A stretch of 38,144 nt of DNA, taken from Deltaproteobacteria bacterium. GTDB taxonomy: Bacteria; Bdellovibrionota; UBA1018; UBA923. The stretch's first letter is position 1; every line of letters starts with the position of its first letter. Below are positions 9,835 to 18,504 of this stretch, in pieces. The notes below the pieces were generated by a model. The model was not told the origin of the DNA and searched no databases. It saw nothing but the letters and a program-made list of their open reading frames with translations. Made by a program: the position numbers and the translations under genes. Location: the NCBI GenBank assembly GCA_016194725.1, contig JACQAW010000260.1:1-38144 (forward strand), written 5' to 3'.

Positions 9835-10590
9835 ATGGCACAAGGCTTCAAAATTACAGTATTTTTTATATTGTTTGGCACTCTCGTCACGCCGATGCCG
9901 TGCTTTGCCGAGGGCGAATATATCGCCGCGTTCAGCAAAGCCGAGGCGGAATATTCGCGCTGGATGGCCGAAAACATGCGCCGGGGAGTAAAGCCCACTG
10001 CCGAAGAACGTCGCGAAAAACACAAGCTCATCTTTGCCGAAGCGCATTCCGCGTATCTTAAAGAAAACATCGAGGTCGAAAAAGACCCGGCGCTCGACAA
10101 GCAGTTCATGGGCGACATGAAAAACTATAATCCTCCCGCCAAACAGGGAAGACTCGTGGATGTCGATGGCACGGCCCTTAAAGAAGTCTCGAAAGCGACA
10201 CCGTCGCGGTCTGTGGCCAACGTTGCCGAACGCGGTGCCATTGGTATTAAACCCGCCGTTGCCCTGATCGGGGAAATAAAACCACCAACGACTGAAGTTA
10301 AACCTGCCGATCTCAAAGCACCCACCGAAGTTAAGCCGGGCACGGCCGAAAACGTTTCGTTCAAAGGTTCTGAAACTGCCGTCAGCTTCATTACGCCCAC
10401 GCCAGGCGCGGCAGTGAACGTAGGCACGACCAGCTTTGTCGCTCCCGCGGTCGCGGCACCGGCAAACGTTGCGGCACCGACGCCCGCTTCGGTAGCCGAA
10501 GCCACAGCCGCAACCGCGCCCGCGGCACCAGCTGCTGCAGCCGCGCTCCAAGCGGTGCCCGCAGACTCTGCCGCCCTAGCCAAGCCTTAA
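9835..10590 (+). CDS. Secreted Ala/Pro-rich protein of unknown function
   Basis: Signal peptide (ITVFFILFGTLVTPMPCFA) and a G-rich RBS-like run just upstream of the ATG. Helical N-terminal half, then short TEVKP repeats and a low-complexity A/P/T tail. Confidence 0.6.
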   Translation: MAQGFKITVFFILFGTLVTPMPCFAEGEYIAAFSKAEAEYSRWMAENMRRGVKPTAEERREKHKLIFAEAHSAYLKENIEVEKDPALDKQFMGDMKNYNPPAKQGRLVDVDGTALKEVSKATPSRSVANVAERGAIGIKPAVALIGEIKPPTTEVKPADLKAPTEVKPGTAENVSFKGSETAVSFITPTPGAAVNVGTTSFVAPAVAAPANVAAPTPASVAEATAATAPAAPAAAAALQAVPADSAALAKP

Positions 10591-10593
10591 ACG

Positions 10594-12052
10594 CTAATTC
10601 GCCGGCATGCGCCGCACGGTTTTCAGGTAGACGTAGTTCATTGGATTTATCGCCAACCCGCGCCAGCCACTCGCCAGAAGCGAGGAGTTTTTTCTGAAAT
10701 AAAGCGGAATCACGGCGCAGTCCTGCTCAAGCAAAAGCTGCTGCGCTTTGCGCGCAAGCGCCGAGTCGCCCGCGGCCGAAGCCGAAATTTTCAGCGCCAG
10801 CTCATCGTAACTCTTCGAGCTGTAATGGCCCCAGTTGCCGCCGCTACCTGAAATAAATTCCCCCATGAAAGAGCAGCTGCGCCCAATACGTTTTGGGCTC
10901 GGTGCGGATGAGCCGCACGTCGATACCCAGGTTTTTCTTCCACTCCTGCTGCAGCCACTGCACCAGTACGCCGTGAATGTCCTTGGCGTAATAATTCAGC
11001 TCGAGCGGTATCCCTGGCTTTGACGCCCGGGAAGAGCTCCAAAGCTGGCGGGCCCGAGCCGCATCAAATTTTCCCGCCTCAGCGTCGCCGCCCAGCCCTG
11101 GCGGAAGAATTCCGCCGGCTGCGGTTTCGCCCCCTTTTAGAATCAACGGAATGTTTCTCTTGTCCAGGGCTTGAGCCAGCGCGCAGCGCGCGTTGCGGTC
11201 GAGCGCCGCCTCGCCGTTCATCAAAAACCCCAGGTGATAACCCACGAACGCCGGGTACACGGAATATTCCTTGGTTTTGGCCAGCCGCTCTTTTTCCAAA
11301 AAGGGCACGTCGCGAAGCCAGTCCAGCGCGCCGGATTGAAAAAGGTTCAAAGCCGTTGCATCGTCGCTCACCACCACGGCTTTGAGCCGCTCTTCATTGG
11401 GAGAAGGCCCGTAGTAAGATGGATTGCGTTTCAAAATAAATTCCTTTTCGGCGACCCATGAGTCCAGCACATAGGGCCCGGTTACCGCCAAATTCTCAGG
11501 CCGCAGCCAGTTGCGTCCGAATTTTTTCAGAAGATCGAGCCGTATTGGAGCCAGCACCCAGTGGCTGGCCAGCGCTGGAAAGTAGGCCGCCGAATGCTTC
11601 AGTCGCACCTCAAGCCTGTCGCAGCCCACGGCGTGCGCGCTTTGCAAGTCTGAAAGGTAATGGGCGTAGGGCGAGGCAAATTCAGGCGACTGCACGCGCC
11701 GCCAGGCATCGACAAACTGCTGCGCGCAAACAGGTTTGCCGTCAGACCACTTCGCGCCCGCGCGTAGAAAAAAAATAAAGTGTTTTGCGCCCCGGCCGGC
11801 TTTCCAGCCCGACGCCAATGCGGGCACCGGCGCGCCGTTTTCCCCAGAGGTCGTCAGGCCCTCCATGAGCTGTTCAATGACGAGTGGCGGTACCTCGCCT
11901 TTTCCCCAGTCCAACGAGCCCAGGTCTTCGGTCACCCGAAAGGTAAATCCGGAAAAAACCAGAAAGCAGAAAAACGGCAGAACGAGGTGAGGTATTTTCA
12001 TCGGCGTAGGGTCTGCATATTGCAAGGCAAAGCGGAAGACAAGGTGCAACAC
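10594..12052 (-). pseudogene. Family-5 (OppA/DppA-type) ABC solute-binding protein, frameshifted
   Basis: ORFs 10844..12052 and 10594..10866 are consecutive parts of one SBP_bac_5-like protein (signal peptide MKIPHLVLPFFCFLVFSG; C-terminal ...NWGHYSSKSYDEL...IPLYF...). Removing one C from the C5 run at 10860-10864 joins them as ...LLFHGEFISGSGGNW... Confidence 0.75.
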
Positions 12053-12211
12053 GGAGAAAGGCGAGTTAGCCGCATGGTTATGTACATTGCCCGCTGCAAA
12101 TCACTTCAAGAAGCAAGTTCAGTTCAGAATGGCCTGAGAGCTGCCTGCTCCACGCTCATCTTCAGTCGAATTCTCCTGAATCCGAAAGACCTCGATTCTT
12201 ATAATGCCGAT

Positions 12212-12637
12212 ATGCTGCGTTCGAGCGACGCCCAGATTTCAATTGGCAGCATGGTATTCGGACAGGATCAGGCCACCATGGATGATTCCTGGCGAATACT
12301 TTCGCGCTGGGTGGTTTTTGCGGTGCTTGCCCTAACGGCATTGGCGGTGGCTGGAATTCGTATTCTGAACTCGATGGCGCATTCGAACACCCAGGTCGCC
12401 GTGCTGGTTGCGATATTTTTACTGGTGTTCGTGCTGTTTGCCTATCTGGGCTCTCGCGCGGTCGAAACCATGACCCCCGAGCGCACTGCTTTTTGGAACG
12501 CGACAAAATGGCTCGGGCGCGGCCGCCCCGTTGTCCTTGGGGCTTCTGAAGAAATGCCCGACGACCGGAGCAAGCTGGCTCCGAATGTCGTTTGCTTTTA
12601 TCGTGCCAGCGACCGTCAATACCGGCGCCCCGCATAA
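12212..12637 (+). CDS. Small two-TM membrane protein, hypothetical
   Basis: Only the 3' part of ORF 11780..12637 is free of the SBP gene on the other strand. It has two clear TM helices (WVVFAVLALTALAVAG, VAVLVAIFLLVFVLFAYLG). The start is uncertain (12074 or 12212). Confidence 0.35.
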   Translation: MLRSSDAQISIGSMVFGQDQATMDDSWRILSRWVVFAVLALTALAVAGIRILNSMAHSNTQVAVLVAIFLLVFVLFAYLGSRAVETMTPERTAFWNATKWLGRGRPVVLGASEEMPDDRSKLAPNVVCFYRASDRQYRRPA

Positions 12638-12775
12638 CCGGCACGTGGATTGCATTTTTCCGCATCATGAAGACGAGCTACCAATATTCGCTGGATAAGG
12701 CTCCATTCGACGAAACTTTTCACGACCTCGAAAATATCGACGATGGCGTACTGTTGGCCGAGACCCGGCGGCGGC

Positions 12776-14158
12776 CTACTTCTTGGGCTGCTTGATCTGA
12801 TACTTGCTCAGTAAGCGATAAATGTCGGCGCGATAGCGCCCGGCAAGCCGTGCGGCTTCGGCGACGTTGCCCCCCGTGCTTTCGAGCAGACGATCAAGAT
12901 AACTTTTCTCGAATTCCTCTTTAGCCTCGGAATAAGGCAGCAGCGGCCCTTCGGCCATCGAATCACGACGCTCCTCGCGCGCACTCAGCATGGCATCCAT
13001 GAACAGGTGCTCCTCATGTATGTTCCCATCAGTTGACATAACGACCGCTCGCTCGATGTTATTTTGCAATTCACGCACGTTGCCAGGCCAGTCATAGGCC
13101 ATAAGCTGCCGCATGATGGCCTCGGGAATGGGCGTCATTTTTTTGCTGAACTGCGTCGAATACAGATGCAGAAAATGGTGCGCCAGCATGGGAATGTCTT
13201 CCCGCCGCTCGCGCAACGCCGGCACGTGCAGGGGAATGACATTGATGCGAAAATAAAGGTCCTCACGAAACTTTCCCTTGCGTACCTCTTCGCGCAACGT
13301 CTTATTCGTTGCCGTGATGATGCGCACGTCGACGGGCACCGGCTTGTCCGACCCCAGCGGCACGATTTCTTTTTCCTGCAGCACGCGCAGCAGCTTCACT
13401 TGAAGTTCAATGGGCATTTCGCCGATTTCGTCCAGAAACAGCGAGCCTGTATTGCAGTTTTCAAATAGCCCCTTGCGGTCGGTGCGCGCGTCGGTAAAGG
13501 CGCCGCGCTTGTGCCCGAACAGCTCACTCTCGAGCAGATTCGCCGGAATCGCGCCGCAGTTTATCGCGCCAAACCGGTTTTTCGCGCGTGGGCTGAGGTC
13601 GTGCACCGCGCGCGCGACCAGCTCTTTGCCCGAGCCCGATTCGCCGGTTACCAGCACGGTGCTATCCACGTGCGCCACCTGCCGCACCTGTTCAAACAAC
13701 CTCATCATCGGCTCGCTGGTGCCGATGATGTTGTCAATCACGCCCTTGCCTGCAAGCATGGTGCGCAAACGGCGATTTTCCTTTTTCAAGCTCGAGCGCT
13801 CGCAGCCGCGCTCGATCTGCTGCAGCAGCTCCTTGTTGTCGAAGGGCTTGGGAATGTAACCCACAGCCCCCCTCTTGAGCATCTCGACCGCGCGCTCGAT
13901 GGTTCCGTACGCCGTCATGACGATCACCGACTGCGTGGGGTCGCGGCCCAGAATTTCGCCCAGCAGCTGCCCGCCATCTTCTTCGCCCAGCATATAATCG
14001 AGCAAAACGGCATCATACTCGCGCATGGCCAGCAGCCGGCGCGCGTCTTCGAAGTCATGGGCCGTATCGGCGCCATAGCCGCTGGCAATAAGCAGCTCCT
14101 GGACAAGCATAGCAATATCCGGGCTGTCGTCTATGACCAGCACCCTATATGTCAGCAT
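12776..14158 (-). CDS. Sigma-54-dependent response regulator (NtrC family enhancer-binding protein)
   Basis: Receiver domain (VLVIDDSPD...AVLLDYML), AAA+ Walker A GESGSGKE, sigma-54 contact loop GAFTDA, and a C-terminal Fis-type HTH (GNVAEAARLAGRYRADIYRLL). ATG 14158 (MLTYRVLVIDD) is preferred to TTG 14194. Confidence 0.9.
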   Translation of the reverse strand: MLTYRVLVIDDSPDIAMLVQELLIASGYGADTAHDFEDARRLLAMREYDAVLLDYMLGEEDGGQLLGEILGRDPTQSVIVMTAYGTIERAVEMLKRGAVGYIPKPFDNKELLQQIERGCERSSLKKENRRLRTMLAGKGVIDNIIGTSEPMMRLFEQVRQVAHVDSTVLVTGESGSGKELVARAVHDLSPRAKNRFGAINCGAIPANLLESELFGHKRGAFTDARTDRKGLFENCNTGSLFLDEIGEMPIELQVKLLRVLQEKEIVPLGSDKPVPVDVRIITATNKTLREEVRKGKFREDLYFRINVIPLHVPALRERREDIPMLAHHFLHLYSTQFSKKMTPIPEAIMRQLMAYDWPGNVRELQNNIERAVVMSTDGNIHEEHLFMDAMLSAREERRDSMAEGPLLPYSEAKEEFEKSYLDRLLESTGGNVAEAARLAGRYRADIYRLLSKYQIKQPKK

Positions 14159-14270
14159 TACCCGTGATATTGAATCCGTATCCAGAAAGAGCAAGCACTC
14201 GAAATGCGATCAAGAATTTACAACAACACCGGAGCTCTCAAATAATTCCAGCACTGCATTGGTAAGACAT

Positions 14271-14286
14271 TGGCTCGAGTGTTGCT
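14271..14286 (+). promoter_or_regulatory. Candidate sigma-54 (-24/-12) promoter
   Basis: TGGCTCGAGTGTTGCT matches the consensus TGGCACG-N4-TTGCW at 11 of 12 specified positions with exact GG-to-GC spacing. It lies in the divergent gap between the EBP gene and the PilZ gene. Confidence 0.6.
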
Positions 14287-14387
14287 AAGTCACCCACTAT
14301 GAATAAAATACTGAGCATCGGTTGGACCGCAGTGCAGTTCGGATTGGTAATGTTCGCGCTCATCTACCACCATCTGAACTATTCTCT

Positions 14388-14801
14388 ATGAATGCCACCA
14401 CAGCGGATTCCAGAGAATGGCCCCGTCACGAGATTTCGCTGCCCGCAACCCTGCGCAGCATATACGCGCAGCAAGGTGACCGCTTGCAGCTGAAGGGCAC
14501 GCTCATTTCATTTAGCGGGGGCGGCTGTGCAATACGCACGACCGCGCGACTATCGCACGGTGAGCCCGTGCTCGTGGTCGTGGCGCTCGAGCTGGGCGCC
14601 CAACGCCGCGAACTTCAAATCAAGGCCCGAGCCGTTTGGGGGCGCGACGACTTTCGGATCGACACGTTTTACGTGCATGGCCTGCAGTTTTGCGAGCCGC
14701 TGTCGGAGCCCGAAATACGGGCCGTACTTCAAGAAGAATCGCTCTTAGACGTGCTTACCGGGTCGCTGCCACGGCAAATCGCCAATAAAGAGGTTGCCTA
14801 A
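14388..14801 (+). CDS. PilZ-domain protein (putative c-di-GMP receptor)
   Basis: RxxxR motif (REWPR) near the N-terminus and a DxSxxG-like motif (SFSGGG) about 35 residues later, with the size and beta-rich character of a single PilZ domain. The start could also be TTG 14322. Confidence 0.65.
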   Translation: MNATTADSREWPRHEISLPATLRSIYAQQGDRLQLKGTLISFSGGGCAIRTTARLSHGEPVLVVVALELGAQRRELQIKARAVWGRDDFRIDTFYVHGLQFCEPLSEPEIRAVLQEESLLDVLTGSLPRQIANKEVA

Positions 14802-14857
14802 AGCAGTCGCCCGTTTTACTCCAAATAGATCAAATATAGCTCGATTTGGAGGACCAC

Positions 14858-16258
14858 ATGGCCATTCATCCCGTAATCCAGCAACTGCTTAATCGCGGCG
14901 TGGAACGCGTGAAAGTCGGCGCCTTTGACACCGACGGCATCCTGCGCGGCAAGTACCTTTCATTTGAAAAACTCGAAAGCGCGCTGAACTCGGGCTTCGG
15001 CTTTTGCGATGTCGTGTTTGGCTGGGACTCGGCTGACGTATTGTACGACAACGCGCCCGGTTCGGCTGAGTCGCGAAAAATGTACACCGGCTGGCATACG
15101 GGCTACCCCGACACGCTGGCCCGCCTGGACGAAACGACGCTTCGCTACGTGCCCTGGGAGCCGAACACCGCGATTATTCTTTCCGACTTTTACAAAAGCG
15201 ACGGCTCTCCGCTGCCCATCTGCCCGCGCCAAACTCTAAAGAGGGTCGTGGAACGCTCGCGCAAAGCGGGCTATGAGCCCATGTGCGCCTTTGAGTTCGA
15301 ATTTTTCATCTTCAAGGAAACTCCGCAGTCGGTGCGCGCGAAGCATTATCGTGGCCTGGAAAACCTGACGCCAGGAATGTTCGGCTACAGCGTGCTGCGC
15401 GCTTCTTCGCAGCAGCCACTGGTGCACGATATCCTGCGCTCGATGCGCGACTACGACATCGAGCTTGAGGGCTTTCACACCGAAACCGGCCCGGGCGTGT
15501 ACGAAGCCGCCATCAAATACGATCACGTTTTGAAAATCGCCGACAAGGCGGCGCTCTTTAAAACCGCGATGAAAGAAATCACCGCGCGCCACGGCGCGAT
15601 GGTCACGTTCATGGCCAAGGTCAGCCCGAATCTTCCAGGCTGCTCGGGCCACATGCACCAGTCGCTCTGGGACAAAGACGTGAAGACCAACCTGTTTGCC
15701 GACCCGAAAGACGAGTTCGGCATGAGCACGCTTTTTCGCCAGTACGTCGCAGGCCAGGTGAAAGCGATGCCAGAGCTGATGGCTTTGATTTCGCCCACGA
15801 TCAACTCGTACAAACGCACGGGCCGCCACACCATGGCGTGGGCACCTTGTAATGCAACGTGGGGCAATGAGAACCGCACCACTGCGCTGCGCGTAATCAA
15901 CGGCCCATCGGGCCCGGGCAAATCAACCCGCGTGGAATACCGGCTGGCCGGCGCCGACCTGAACCCGTACCACGCCATGGCCGCAAGTATTGCCAGCGGC
16001 CTGTGGGGAATTGAACAAAAAATGCAGCTTGGCGCGCCGCTTAAAGGCAGCGCGTATCTGGCTGGGGCAAAAGACGCCGAGCCGTTGCCGACTTCGCTTG
16101 AAGAAGCGACTGAAAAACTTGCAGAGAGCCGCGTCGCGCGCGATTATCTAGGCTCGGAATTCGTCGATCATTACGTCATGACCCGCCGCTGGGAAGTCGA
16201 GCAGTTCCGTCGCGCGGTCACGAACTGGGAACACGAGCGGTATTTCGAGATTATCTAA
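14858..16258 (+). CDS. Glutamine synthetase-family gamma-glutamyl-amine ligase (PuuA/PauA/GlnA4-like)
   Basis: GS catalytic-domain motifs FEFEFFIF, GCSGHMHQSLW, NSYKR and RVEYRLAGADLNPY. ATG 14858 follows a GGAGGA RBS. Clustered with a PuuD-like hydrolase. Confidence 0.85.
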   Translation: MAIHPVIQQLLNRGVERVKVGAFDTDGILRGKYLSFEKLESALNSGFGFCDVVFGWDSADVLYDNAPGSAESRKMYTGWHTGYPDTLARLDETTLRYVPWEPNTAIILSDFYKSDGSPLPICPRQTLKRVVERSRKAGYEPMCAFEFEFFIFKETPQSVRAKHYRGLENLTPGMFGYSVLRASSQQPLVHDILRSMRDYDIELEGFHTETGPGVYEAAIKYDHVLKIADKAALFKTAMKEITARHGAMVTFMAKVSPNLPGCSGHMHQSLWDKDVKTNLFADPKDEFGMSTLFRQYVAGQVKAMPELMALISPTINSYKRTGRHTMAWAPCNATWGNENRTTALRVINGPSGPGKSTRVEYRLAGADLNPYHAMAASIASGLWGIEQKMQLGAPLKGSAYLAGAKDAEPLPTSLEEATEKLAESRVARDYLGSEFVDHYVMTRRWEVEQFRRAVTNWEHERYFEII

Positions 16259-16314
16259 ACGGCATCCTACTCATCGAGGTGAAAAAACATGGCTGAGATC
16301 AACAGTGCCTCATC

Positions 16315-17364
16315 GTGACCGATCCCGGATTCGCGAAAACCGGCGCTTACAAGTCGGTGGTCGCCACCTTGGAAAAGGCGAAGATTCCTTTTGCCGCCTA
16401 TACCGACGTGCAGGGCAACCCTAACGAAAAGGACGTGCACGACGGTGTTGCGGCTTACAAGACCGGCGGTTGCCAGTGGATCCTGGGCGTGGGCGGCGGA
16501 AGCCCGCTCGACGTCGCAAAAGCGATACGCCTGATGGTCACGCACTCGGGAAGCATTTTCGACTATGACGACGCGCTGGGCGGTTACGACAAGATTACGT
16601 CCAACGTTGCACCGATGATCGCGATTCCAACTACCGCTGGCACTGGCAGCGAAGTGGGCCGCTCGACCGTTATCGTCAACACGAAGACGAAGACCAAGAC
16701 GATCGTCTTCAGCCCGTACCTGCTGGCCAACTACGTGTTTGCCGACGCACGGCTTACGGTTGACCTACCCGCGAAAATTACCGCGGCAACTGGTTTGGAT
16801 GCTTTGACCCACAACGTGGAAAGCTATCTTGCCAAGGGCACGCATCCGCTCGCCGACTCCATCGCACTGGGCGGCATTCGTCTTTGCGCCAAGAGCTTAA
16901 AGAAGGCCTGCGACAACGGCCAGGACCTTGAAGCTCGCGGCGACATGCTGATGGCTTCGATGATGGGAGCCATCGCGTTTCAAAAAGGACTGGGTGTCAC
17001 GCACTCGCTGGCGCATCCGCTTTCGACCATCGCCGGCATGCACCATGGCCTGGCCAACGGCATCATGCTGGTTCCCGCCATGCGCTTCAACGCCGATGTG
17101 AGCCGCGAGCGCCTGACTGAAATCTCGCGCACGGTGAACGCTGTGCTTGGCCGCGATACGAAGTCCTCGGCTGACGCGGCGATTTCGTATCTGGAAGAGC
17201 TGTGCCGCTCGATTGGCCTGCCTCGCAAGCTCAGCGATGCCGGCGTGAAAGAAGAGATGCTGAGCGAGCTGGTGGAGCAGGCCGTGCACGACACGTGCTG
17301 GCACAATAACCCGAAGCCAGTCGTAAAGTCTGATTTCGAAAAACTCTACGCCGAGACCATGTAA
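16315..17364 (+). CDS. Iron-containing (group III) alcohol dehydrogenase, N-terminally truncated
   Basis: GVGGGSPLDVAKAI, THSLAHPLS and HHGLANG metal/NAD motifs. The ORF starts at GTG inside the conserved LIVTD strand, so about 35 N-terminal residues typical of the family are missing. Confidence 0.8.
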   Translation: MTDPGFAKTGAYKSVVATLEKAKIPFAAYTDVQGNPNEKDVHDGVAAYKTGGCQWILGVGGGSPLDVAKAIRLMVTHSGSIFDYDDALGGYDKITSNVAPMIAIPTTAGTGSEVGRSTVIVNTKTKTKTIVFSPYLLANYVFADARLTVDLPAKITAATGLDALTHNVESYLAKGTHPLADSIALGGIRLCAKSLKKACDNGQDLEARGDMLMASMMGAIAFQKGLGVTHSLAHPLSTIAGMHHGLANGIMLVPAMRFNADVSRERLTEISRTVNAVLGRDTKSSADAAISYLEELCRSIGLPRKLSDAGVKEEMLSELVEQAVHDTCWHNNPKPVVKSDFEKLYAETM

Positions 17365-17365
17365 A

Positions 17366-18115
17366 ATGGCGCGGCGACCGCTTATCGGCGTTTCAGCCAA
17401 CCGCTTCGCGGCCGACCCGCAGCGTGCCGTGTTTAAAAACATGGAGCTGCACTACGCAGAGGCGAATTTGGTGGGTTCGGTTTATCGCGCGGGTGGTTTG
17501 CCCGTCATTATCCCCGACCTTCGCAGCGAAGAGGCGGTGGACGAGTTCGTCGAACGCCTCGATGGCCTGCTGCTGGCGGGTGGTGCCGATGTTTCGCCGT
17601 TGTCTTATGGCCGCAAGGACTTTGATGTGAAGTGGCCTGGCGATAAGGTGCGCGACGATTACGAAATCATGCTGATCAGAAAAACCGAGCAGGCCGGCCG
17701 CCCCATTTTTGGGGTGTGCCGCGGCCTGCAGATCATGAACGTGGCTTTTGGCGGCACGCTTTATCAGGATATTTCGACTGAAAAGCAGGGAAGCCTTGTT
17801 CATCGCGATTGGGATATTTACGAGCAGAACGTGCATGGCGTGAAACTTACGCCTGGCTCGTGGCTTGAGTCACTCTACGGAAAATCTGAGCTGAAAGTGA
17901 ATACAATTCATCACCAGGGCGTTCGCGAACTTGCGCCTTTGTTCAAAGCCACGGCCGTAGCGCCTGATGGCGTGGTCGAGGCGATTGAAGACAAAGACGG
18001 GCGATGGGTTAGGGCTGTGCAGTGGCATCCCGAATGGCATGGACTGGACAAACAGGGGGTTGATGAGCTGGAACTGGTCTTCGCCGACTTTGTGCGTGCT
18101 TGCACATACTGTTGA
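17366..18115 (+). CDS. Gamma-glutamyl-amide hydrolase, peptidase C26 / class I glutamine amidotransferase (PuuD-like)
   Basis: GVCRGLQIMNVAFGG (nucleophile Cys), HHQGV and VQWHPE motifs; 249 aa. The start lies 1 nt after the ADH stop. Confidence 0.85.
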   Translation: MARRPLIGVSANRFAADPQRAVFKNMELHYAEANLVGSVYRAGGLPVIIPDLRSEEAVDEFVERLDGLLLAGGADVSPLSYGRKDFDVKWPGDKVRDDYEIMLIRKTEQAGRPIFGVCRGLQIMNVAFGGTLYQDISTEKQGSLVHRDWDIYEQNVHGVKLTPGSWLESLYGKSELKVNTIHHQGVRELAPLFKATAVAPDGVVEAIEDKDGRWVRAVQWHPEWHGLDKQGVDELELVFADFVRACTYC

Positions 18116-18239
18116 GTCTTACCCAAGCTCGGAAACACAAAGACCTTTGTAAAGACTCGCATTTACTGGATTTTATAGGCGAAAATGGCTGAATAATTTG
18201 CCGACAATTTCCGCATATCATTAAGGTCAAGAGGTACGT

Positions 18240-18503
18240 GTGCGGAATATACGGTTTCCATTGATTCGGAAATCAGACTTCAAGGATTTCCAATATTCGA
18301 TTTTCGTCGAAAACCTGGACGACGATCTGGCTATCCATACGCCAGGTCAGATCCAAATATCGACATTCACACCACGAGTCATTCACATCGAAGCTGCTCA
18401 TACTTTGGAACGCATCTACATGAAACGATGGAAAACGTTTCGGGCAATATTTCGGCTTGTTCAAGCGAGGGTGAATCGCGTCGTGAAGACGATTCAAGGA
18501 TAA
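18240..18503 (+). CDS. Hypothetical protein (weak call)
   Basis: 87-codon GTG-initiated ORF in a low-GC islet, ending 1 nt before the STAS gene. No recognisable motif. Confidence 0.3.
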   Translation: MRNIRFPLIRKSDFKDFQYSIFVENLDDDLAIHTPGQIQISTFTPRVIHIEAAHTLERIYMKRWKTFRAIFRLVQARVNRVVKTIQG

Positions 18504-18504
18504 A

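Noticed and set aside
11780-12211. 5' part of the 285-aa plus-strand ORF 11780..12637
   Set aside because: It overlaps the N-terminal coding region of the solute-binding protein gene on the opposite strand and translates to basic low-complexity sequence. Only the 3' part with TM helices is plausible.
12667-12795. 42-aa acidic ORF (MKTSYQYSLDKAPFDETFHDLENIDDGVLLAE...) overlapping the 3' end of the activator gene
   Set aside because: It is too short, has no RBS and no motif, and its last 20 nt overlap the convergent EBP gene. It cannot be supported from sequence alone.
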